NCBI GenBank assembly: GCA_016935525.1
Contig: JAFGQU010000012.1
Location: 67,248-117,433, forward strand
Direction: 5' to 3'
Length of the DNA: 50,186 bases
From: Candidatus Omnitrophota bacterium
GTDB taxonomy: Bacteria; Omnitrophota; Gorgyraeia; Duberdicusellales; 4484-171
The notes beneath the pieces are model-generated. The model worked only from the letters and a program-made list of their open reading frames with translations, made no database searches and had not been told where the DNA came from. Of this stretch, positions 1 through 5,444 are shown in pieces (position 1 is the stretch's first letter; each line of letters begins with the position of its first letter). The position numbers and the translations under genes were made by a program.

Positions 1-1
1 C

Positions 2-100
2 GCACTTTCGGATTTTTATCTACCTGACGGACATCCTGCGGCTCGAGCTAACCATGTGATTGCCCGTAGCGTTGCCGGTGTCATCGGCCGGTTTAAATAA
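2..100 (+). CDS. 3' end of an upstream CDS (partial, product unknown)
   Basis: Frame 2 is open from the window edge to TAA at 98-100 (..LPDGHPAARANHVIARSVAGVIGRFK*). It is truncated by the window, so no family call is possible. Confidence 0.3.
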   Translation, partial: ALSDFYLPDGHPAARANHVIARSVAGVIGRFK

Positions 101-112
101 TAAAAAGAGTGT

Positions 113-607
113 ATGGTATATAAAAAAATGTTTTTTATATTGATGGGGTTATGGATTCTGCCTGTATTGAGTGGGTGTATGTTATTTGAGCATGGTCCAT
201 CTGCCCTGTATGTCCCCGGGGCTAAAGATGCGGTGCTTACGCGTGAGATAGATTATGTATCGATGAACCTGCTTCAAAGCGACCGGGCGGTGAATATCGA
301 CATTTATGGCCGGCCGGATTTTTATAACAATAAAGCGGTATTTCTTGTCAATGTCGGTAAAGACCCTTTCGTCGATTTTAATTACGAGATCTTCGTTGCC
401 GATAAAGACGGCCAAAAACAGCGTCGTCTCACGTTTACCCCTGATATCAATGAATTGCGGCCGCAATGGGCAAAAACCGGACAGGTGCTTTATGTCGTTA
501 TTCCTAAAGCCGGCGGTGATCCCGAGTATTATCTTATGAATTCCGATGGGACCGAGCCGGCTTTGATCACCGAAAAAAGATTCCAACAACTTCTTCCTGC
601 GAAATAA
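113..607 (+). CDS. Small lipoprotein with PD40/TolB-like beta-propeller repeat motifs
   Basis: 164 aa. The N-terminus MVYKKMFFILMGLWILPVLSGC has a lipobox (LSG-C). The C-terminal part (DGQKQRRLTFTP..., YLMNSDGTEP) resembles PD40-type repeats. Confidence 0.6.
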   Translation: MVYKKMFFILMGLWILPVLSGCMLFEHGPSALYVPGAKDAVLTREIDYVSMNLLQSDRAVNIDIYGRPDFYNNKAVFLVNVGKDPFVDFNYEIFVADKDGQKQRRLTFTPDINELRPQWAKTGQVLYVVIPKAGGDPEYYLMNSDGTEPALITEKRFQQLLPAK

Positions 608-827
608 TTTCCCCTTCATTTATTTTTAATATAGTTCAGGAGACCGGCTTGAAATGCAGCGGAATGCGCCGGTTCAGGCTGAATAGAGAGACTACGCATA
701 TCTCGAAAAACGGGCATTCTTTCTTGCGGGACGATCGGCAACGCGGGCAAAACTTTTTTTTCATGTATGCGGCAGTTTTTTCCGGAGTGTTTCTGAAAAA
801 CATGGTTACGTATAGTATATCATTAAC

Positions 828-857
828 AGCGGTGAGCGGATAGGGGTGAGCGGTTAA
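828..857 (+). repeat. AGCGnnT heptad tandem array (single arm)
   Basis: Reads AGCGGTG AGCGGAT AGGGGTG AGCGGTT AA with an exact 7-nt period. 17 nt (840-856) are identical to 49714-49730. Confidence 0.85.
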
Positions 858-909
858 ACAGTCTTCAGTCCATGGTTGACAGTCTATAGTTTCGAGTCCT
901 CGACGCAGT

Positions 910-937
910 ACGCGTTACTCATTACGCGTTACGATAA
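910..937 (+). repeat. ACGCGTT-type heptad tandem array next to a tRNA 3' end
   Basis: Reads ACGCGTT ACTCATT ACGCGTT ACGATAA. The array ends 4 nt from the minus-strand tRNA-Arg 3' end. Confidence 0.7.
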
Positions 938-941
938 AAAG

Positions 942-1015
942 TGCGCCCGGCAGGGATCGAACCTGCAACCCTGTGGTCCGAAGCCACATACTCTATCCAA
1001 TTGAGCTACGGGCGC
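942..1015 (-). tRNA. tRNA-Arg (anticodon TCG)
   Basis: The reverse complement folds as a cloverleaf: acceptor GCGCCCG/CGGGCGC, anticodon stem TGTGG/CCACA with loop CTTCGGA, T-arm GCAGG-TTCGATC-CCTGC. No encoded CCA. Confidence 0.93.
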
Positions 1016-1143
1016 AAAATAATGCTATATTTGTCTTGTATCGATATTAAAAACGAACGATGATTGATAGAGTTTATCTTGAACTGAAGGATTCGTCAAG
1101 TCGTGTGATATGTGATTTCGTAAGTTATCGTAATAGATTATTA

Positions 1144-1172
1144 TTGCATCTTTCAAAACTTTTGGTTATATT
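1144..1172 (+). promoter_or_regulatory. Candidate sigma70 promoter of the PilZ gene
   Basis: TTGCAT (1144-1149), 17-nt spacer, TATATT (1167-1172). A GAGAAGAGGA Shine-Dalgarno sequence precedes the ATG at 1196. Confidence 0.4.
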
Positions 1173-1195
1173 ATTTAAAAGAGAAGAGGATAGCT

Positions 1196-1579
1196 ATGGA
1201 ATGGCATAATGAACAGGAAAAAAGACGGTTTATAAGGACCGAGTTTCCTTATACGGTAGTGGTTACCTGCCAAGGTAAAGATCCGATTTCTACCTATACC
1301 GAAAATATCAGCGCGGTAGGCGTGAAAGTGACTACCCGCCAACAGTTTGAGGTGACCGCTCTGGTCGATTTGGAGATATATGTGAGCCAAGATCCCATTA
1401 AATGTCGAGGGAAAGTGATCTGGTCTACCGCCCGGGAGAGTACCTGTCTTGAAGATACGTTGGTATTTGATTCGGGTATTGAATTCTGTGATATCCGGGA
1501 AAAAGATAAGTTCTTTATCAATCAATGTGTTGAACAGGTCCTGCGAGTGAAACCTCCTGTTGATCCCGACGAGTCTTAA
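1196..1579 (+). CDS. PilZ domain protein (c-di-GMP receptor family)
   Basis: 127 aa. Contains the PilZ signature RRFIR ... ENISAVGVKV (RxxxR / D-N-x-S-x-x-G). Confidence 0.85.
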   Translation: MEWHNEQEKRRFIRTEFPYTVVVTCQGKDPISTYTENISAVGVKVTTRQQFEVTALVDLEIYVSQDPIKCRGKVIWSTARESTCLEDTLVFDSGIEFCDIREKDKFFINQCVEQVLRVKPPVDPDES

Positions 1580-1620
1580 CGTATCCGGCATGCAGGAAAA
1601 AAGAATGAAGGCGGACAACC

Positions 1621-1821
1621 ATGCGGCGGCGTAGAACAATTTTTCGAATTGCGTTGGTCCTGTGCTGGTTTTTCTTGACGTACTTTTTTTATATAGATTA
1701 TGTGACCGACCGATCATATGTGAAACAAAAAATCGGATTGTCGGTAGCGATTACCCTGTTAGTCGTTGCCTATAGCTATATAGGTAAAATAAAAAATGAA
1801 AGATTAAAAATTAAAGATTAA
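1621..1821 (+). CDS. Hypothetical small membrane protein (two predicted TM helices)
   Basis: 66 aa with two hydrophobic stretches. The C-terminal KIKNERLKIKD is encoded by the A-rich heptad array, so the 3' end and the gene itself are uncertain. Confidence 0.35.
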   Translation: MRRRRTIFRIALVLCWFFLTYFFYIDYVTDRSYVKQKIGLSVAITLLVVAYSYIGKIKNERLKIKD

Positions 1822-1895
1822 GAATGAGGATGAAAATATTGGGAACGTCCCGGATTCTTATGTTTTTCATTTTTAGTTTTTGATTTTTAATTTTA
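1792..1895. repeat. Inverted A-rich / T-rich heptad arrays around a GC core
   Basis: Left arm (1792-1840): AAAAATG AAAGATT AAAAATT AAAGATT AAGAATG AGGATGA AAATATT. Core: GGGAACGTCCCGG. Right arm (1854-1895): ATTCTTA TGTTTTT CATTTTT AGTTTTT GATTTTT AATTTTA. Confidence 0.8.
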
Positions 1896-1909
1896 ACCAA
1901 AAGGCAAGT

Positions 1910-2263
1910 ATGAGTAACGATAAGCGGCGGTATGTAAGGGTTAAAGATTCGGTACAGGTGAAGTACCGTGTACTTTCAGGAATCGTACAGACGGATTCTT
2001 ATTGCGTGGATATCAGCGAAGGAGGCCTGCGTCTTCCGGTATTTCAAAAATTAGAACGAGGGGCGCTTGTCGAGATATCCGTGTATCTTTCTAAAACCGA
2101 AGAGCCGGTCGTGATCACAGGTAAAGTGATGTGGATTAAAGAGGAAAAACGGGCTGATTATCGTTTTGTGGCCGGAGTACAGTTTTTGAAAACCAACGTC
2201 CCGGAACGGGATAAGATCATTGCTCATCTTATTAAGGCTATTGCCGAAAAAGAAAACGAATAA
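1910..2263 (+). CDS. PilZ domain protein
   Basis: RRYVR ... VDISEGGLRL PilZ motifs. The ATG at 1910 follows AAGGCAAG. The ORF-track TTG at 1880 lies inside the T-rich repeat arm. Confidence 0.85.
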   Translation: MSNDKRRYVRVKDSVQVKYRVLSGIVQTDSYCVDISEGGLRLPVFQKLERGALVEISVYLSKTEEPVVITGKVMWIKEEKRADYRFVAGVQFLKTNVPERDKIIAHLIKAIAEKENE

Positions 2264-2289
2264 GTGTAAGCCTGTTTTTATATAAAAAA

Positions 2290-2320
2290 GGGTAGAAGAA
2301 AATCTTCTACCCTTTTTATT
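2290..2320. terminator. Bidirectional intrinsic terminator
   Basis: GGGTAGAAG-AAAAT-CTTCTACCC hairpin flanked by an A-run upstream and a T-run downstream. It lies between the convergent PilZ (+) and RRM (-) genes. Confidence 0.8.
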
Positions 2321-2334
2321 TTTATGTATACTGG

Positions 2335-2646
2335 TTATCTGCGAAATCCGCCACCGCCGCCACGTCCGCCGAAATTGTCTCGTCGTGGCTGCATCTTGCG
2401 GGCTTTATTTACCTGTACGGCCCGGCCGTTGATTTCCTGACCGTTTAAAGTATCGATCGCGTTCTGGGTTTCTTCTTCGTTTTCAAATTCGGCAAAGCCG
2501 AACCCTTTGGAACGGCCGCTCATCTTGTCTTTGATGACTTTTACGTCTTTAGGGTTAAGACCTTTTTCGGCCATTACGTTTCGTAAATCTTCTTCGCTCA
2601 TCCCAAAGTCAAGATTCCCTATGTAGATCTTATTTGGTTCTTCCAT
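2335..2646 (-). CDS. RRM-type RNA-binding protein with a Gly/Arg-rich tail
   Basis: 103 aa. RNP-2 is IYIGNL and RNP-1 is KGFGFAEF. The C-terminus is GGRGGGGGFRR. Confidence 0.92.
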   Translation of the reverse strand: MEEPNKIYIGNLDFGMSEEDLRNVMAEKGLNPKDVKVIKDKMSGRSKGFGFAEFENEEETQNAIDTLNGQEINGRAVQVNKARKMQPRRDNFGGRGGGGGFRR

Positions 2647-2817
2647 TTTCGTCTTTTCTCCTTCGACTTACATTTTACTTGAAACAATCAGCCCTTTGAG
2701 TTTTTCTTTTTTAACTATCTCGAATCGTTTACCCTCCTTTTTGAAAAACCTCACTATACTGTGACCGATTCCTACGGCCGTTATGATTGATTGTCCCGGT
2801 AATGGGAATTCTCTTTC

Positions 2818-2845
2818 TTTATACCATACCTTACCTGTTTAGCAA
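2818..2845 (-). promoter_or_regulatory. Candidate promoter of the RRM gene (would give a ~165-nt 5' UTR)
   Basis: On the minus strand: TTGCTA, 16-nt spacer, TATAAA. The long untranslated leader (2647-2810) has no ORF. Confidence 0.3.
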
Positions 2846-2973
2846 GTAAAAAAAGCTATCAAGTGCGGGGGAGAGAGTGGAAAAATCGTTGTGGAAATAG
2901 AGCCCTGTTTTATTCGATAAATCGCCTAAGCTATCTGTTGAAAAAATCGGATATGATGATATACTATTCACCC

Positions 2974-3071
2974 AGCGATTAGCGCTTAGCGATTAGCGGC
3001 TAGAAAGGGAAAGAATATTTTAAAATCTTCTTTTGTCTAACCGCTATCCGCTTACCGCTATACGCTCTTAC
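2974..3071 (+). repeat. Full inverted heptad-array element (copy A) ending at the tRNA-Arg 5' end
   Basis: Left arm: AGCGATT AGCGCTT AGCGATT AGCGGCT AG. 33-nt core: AAAGGGAAAGAATATTTTAAAATCTTCTTTTGT. Right arm: CTAACCG CTATCCG CTTACCG CTATACG CTCTTAC. The arms are 22/30 complementary, with mismatches at the variable heptad positions. Confidence 0.85.
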
Positions 3072-3145
3072 GCGCCCGTAGCTCAATTGGATAGAGTGTC
3101 TGGCTACGGACCAGAAGGTTGCAGGTTCGATTCCTGCCGGGCGCA
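3072..3145 (+). tRNA. tRNA-Arg (anticodon ACG)
   Basis: Acceptor GCGCCCG/CGGGCGC, anticodon stem TCTGG/CCAGA with loop CTACGGA, T-arm GCAGG-TTCGATT-CCTGC. No encoded CCA. Confidence 0.93.
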
Positions 3146-3273
3146 TCCTTTTCTTTGAATTTGCCTGCTTGGTCCCGGGGAATAAACAGCATTGGTTATT
3201 CGGGAACGAGGCATCGGATGCACTAAAGAGGAACCTGTGGTTCCATTGCGCCGAGTACGGCACAAAGTGCATA

Positions 3274-3291
3274 CGATTCCTGCCGGGCGCA
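3274..3291 (+). repeat. Duplicated tRNA-Arg 3' end (18-nt direct repeat of 3128-3145)
   Basis: CGATTCCTGCCGGGCGCA occurs at 3128-3145 (inside the tRNA) and again at 3274-3291. There is no matching 5' half, so this is not a second tRNA. Confidence 0.85.
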
Positions 3292-3298
3292 CTTTAAT

Positions 3299-3404
3299 AG
3301 CGTATAGCGTTTAGCGACTAGCGACTAGCGGATAGAGTAGGGAGAAGATTTTCTTAAATCATTTTTCATCTAACCGCTAAACACTGGCCGCTACACGCTG
3401 TGTA
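3299..3404 (+). repeat. Full inverted heptad-array element (copy B)
   Basis: Left arm: AGCGTAT AGCGTTT AGCGACT AGCGACT AGCGGAT AG. 34-nt core: AGTAGGGAGAAGATTTTCTTAAATCATTTTTCAT. Right arm: CTAACCG CTAAACA CTGGCCG CTACACG CTGTGTA. The core resembles that of copy A. Confidence 0.85.
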
Positions 3405-3497
3405 TACCGTTGTTTTTCCTTCCTTCCCAAACTCATAAAATTTAGGTAAAATACCGGAGTATCAATTTATTAATCGATAAAGGGAAGAGGTGTGGTT

Positions 3498-3971
3498 ATG
3501 AAAGTGGTAGTGGTTTATTATTCGCGGGGAGGAACAACCAAGAAGATGGCTGAACTTATCGGCGGACATATTTCGTCCGGCGGGATCGATACCGATGTAG
3601 TCGCGGTCGCCGATATTAATGCGAAACAACTGCTCGATTATGACGGGATCATCATCGGGTCTCCTACCTATTACGGTACGCTTGCCGCAGACTTAAAAAA
3701 GTTGATCGACGAGAGTGTATCGTTACACGGTAAACTTGACGGGAAAGTAGCCGGAGCATTTTCGTCCAGCGCAAATCTTGCTGGCGGGAATGAGACGACG
3801 ATCCTTTCGATACTGGAAGGGTTGCTTATCCATGGCATGATCATCCAGGGCGATTGGCAAGGCGATCATTATGGTCCGGTTGCTTTGGGGTCGGTAGATC
3901 AACGAGTCGAGGAAAACTGTGAGCGGTTCGCCCAACGATTTGTTGAGTTATTAAATAAGGTGGTATTGTGA
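3498..3971 (+). CDS. Flavodoxin-like fold protein (WrbA / NAD(P)H-quinone oxidoreductase-like)
   Basis: KVVVVYYSRGGTTKKMAE ... IIIGSPTYYG flavodoxin-type FMN-binding motifs. The ATG at 3498 is 9 nt after GGGAAGAGG. The ORF track starts at GTG 3492. Confidence 0.8.
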   Translation: MKVVVVYYSRGGTTKKMAELIGGHISSGGIDTDVVAVADINAKQLLDYDGIIIGSPTYYGTLAADLKKLIDESVSLHGKLDGKVAGAFSSSANLAGGNETTILSILEGLLIHGMIIQGDWQGDHYGPVALGSVDQRVEENCERFAQRFVELLNKVVL

Positions 3972-4282
3972 ATAAAGGGATCGTAGTATTCGTGACCGTT
4001 CCTTGCGAGAAAGCGAGCGAGTTGGCGAGGACTATACTTAAAGAAAAGGTTGCGGCTTGTGTGAATATCATTCCCGGAGTCGAGTCTCTCTTCTGGTGGG
4101 AAGGAAAGATCGATGAGGCGAAAGAATCGCTCCTGCTCATTAAGACTCAAACCCAGCTGTTCGATAGGGTCCTTGCGGTCATCAAAGAGAATCATCCCTA
4201 TACCGTACCGGAAATCGTAGCGGTCGAAATGGATAAGGTCTATCCCGAATATCTGCGGTGGATCTGTGAGGTTGCTCGATGA
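3968..4282 (+). CDS. cutA: Divalent-cation tolerance protein CutA
   Basis: 104 aa. Contains AACVNIIPGVESLFWWEGKIDEAKESLLLIKT ... YTVPEIVAV, typical of CutA1. The start overlaps the upstream stop by 4 nt. Confidence 0.88.
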   Translation: MNKGIVVFVTVPCEKASELARTILKEKVAACVNIIPGVESLFWWEGKIDEAKESLLLIKTQTQLFDRVLAVIKENHPYTVPEIVAVEMDKVYPEYLRWICEVAR

Positions 4283-4989
4283 TCGAGGATCTGATGCTTT
4301 CCCTGGAGAAAGTCTTTTTGTCTCATTCAATTCTCGGGATCGGAGCTTCATTTTTGGCCGGAGTAATCGCCAGTTTTTCTCCCTGTATATACCCGTTGTT
4401 GCCGGTAACGGCAGGAGTGATCGGGGCTTATAGCCTCGGATCTCATAGGCGCGGGTTTTTAATGAGTATCGTCTTTGTATCCGGGATCGCTTTTATCTAC
4501 ACGATATTAGGGGTATTAGCGGCAACGTTAGGGTTTTTTTTAGGCGCATTGGCAGTAAATCCGCTTGTGTATCTGGGAATAGGTGTTTTCTTTTTACTAT
4601 TGGGACTTTCGCTTTTAGATGTGGTTTCGTTCGGATTCTTTCGTTGGCAATGTGACCAATCCGGTGTGTGTCGGCTTACATCTCCTTATGTCGCTTTGTT
4701 TGTTGCCGGAATGATTGCCGGGTTTACCGCGTTACCTTGTCTTTTCCCGATTGTGGGGACTATTTTAAGTCTTATCGCATTACAAAGAGATATCGTGTAT
4801 GGCGGGGTCAGTTTGTTCTTTTTTGCGTTTGGGTATGGAATGTTGCTTGTGGGAGTAGGGACTTTTGCCGGTTTTATTTCCAAATTGCCAAAAAGCGGCA
4901 ATTGGCTTATAATAGTGAGGAAATGCGTAGGTATATTTCTCCTCATTTTAAGCGGTCTTTTCTTCCTAAGGGCGGTCACTCTTTTTTAA
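4279..4989 (+). CDS. ccdA: Cytochrome c biogenesis / thiol-disulfide transporter CcdA (DsbD transmembrane family)
   Basis: 236 aa polytopic membrane protein with the SPCIYPLLPV motif and a second Cys-Pro region (LPCLFPIV). Confidence 0.85.
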   Translation: MIEDLMLSLEKVFLSHSILGIGASFLAGVIASFSPCIYPLLPVTAGVIGAYSLGSHRRGFLMSIVFVSGIAFIYTILGVLAATLGFFLGALAVNPLVYLGIGVFFLLLGLSLLDVVSFGFFRWQCDQSGVCRLTSPYVALFVAGMIAGFTALPCLFPIVGTILSLIALQRDIVYGGVSLFFFAFGYGMLLVGVGTFAGFISKLPKSGNWLIIVRKCVGIFLLILSGLFFLRAVTLF

Positions 4990-5444
4990 AGATCCTCTTT
5001 GTCTTTTTCGTTCTTTTCATTTCTCCCGGTGTTGCCCATAGCGAGACAAAAGTGGATTTTTCCGCTTTGAACGACAGTTCTTCCTATACCTATGACCAGC
5101 TTATCGAATCTCCTGAAGTCGTTTTGATGTTTTGGACTAGCCAGTGTATGTATTGCCGTCGCGAGCTTGAAAAGTTGAATAAGCTTGGGTTGGAACAGTT
5201 GCCTGTCCCGATTTTCTTCGTTAATTTGGGAGAATCGCGCAGGGCAATCGAGGCTTTCCTGAAGGATATGAAGATCAATCCCGATATCAAAGAAAAGGTC
5301 GTTATGGATCCCGATCTTTTCTTTGTCCGTAATTTCGGAGTGTTGGGGGTGCCTACCTATTTCTTTTTTGCGGATAAAGAGATCGTCTATAAAAGCTACC
5401 GGCTCTCTCCGGAAACAGTAAAGGGGGTGTTCGTGCATGAGTAA
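4923..5444 (+). CDS. Secreted thioredoxin-like protein (TlpA/ResA family)
   Basis: Signal peptide ILFVFFVLFISPGVAHS and a CxxC active site (WTSQCMYCRRE). The ATG at 4923 is preceded by GTGAGGA. The longer ORF-track start (4668) overlaps ccdA and is rejected. Confidence 0.8.
   Translation: MRRYISPHFKRSFLPKGGHSFLKILFVFFVLFISPGVAHSETKVDFSALNDSSSYTYDQLIESPEVVLMFWTSQCMYCRRELEKLNKLGLEQLPVPIFFVNLGESRRAIEAFLKDMKINPDIKEKVVMDPDLFFVRNFGVLGVPTYFFFADKEIVYKSYRLSPETVKGVFVHE

Noticed and set aside
649-843. 64-aa plus-strand ORF, and a ~42-aa Cys-containing minus-strand ORF (636-764, MKKKFCPRCRSS...), in the spacer after the lipoprotein gene
   Set aside because: Neither has a ribosome-binding site or a recognisable family. 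The composition looks non-coding, and the plus-strand ORF runs into the AGCG heptad array. Both are treated as chance ORFs.
3000-3292. Minus-strand ORFs 3000-3272 and 3104-3292 (both begin MRPAGI...)
   Set aside because: They are read across the reverse complement of tRNA-Arg and its duplicated 3' end and across the repeat element, so they are artefacts of the tRNA sequence.
828-3404. Possibility that the periodic arrays are CRISPR arrays
   Set aside because: The period is 7-8 nt with no spacers, and each arm is at most about 35 nt. There are no cas genes. This is incompatible with CRISPR architecture.
3072-3404. Integrated prophage or genomic island at tRNA-Arg(ACG)
   Set aside because: The direct repeats of the tRNA 3' end are only 128 nt apart, and no integrase or cargo genes are present. 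At most it is a scar or miniature element, and it is reported as such.
4668-4922. Long N-terminal extension of the thioredoxin-like ORF overlapping ccdA
   Set aside because: The extension is Cys/Arg/Trp-rich nonsense lying in an alternative frame of ccdA. A ribosome-binding site plus ATG at 4923, followed by a signal peptide, is the sensible start. The same reasoning rejects the extensions 9047-9151 (mtnP), 21950-22042 (uvrB), 40972-40995 (DUF1844) and 43573-43635 (accB).
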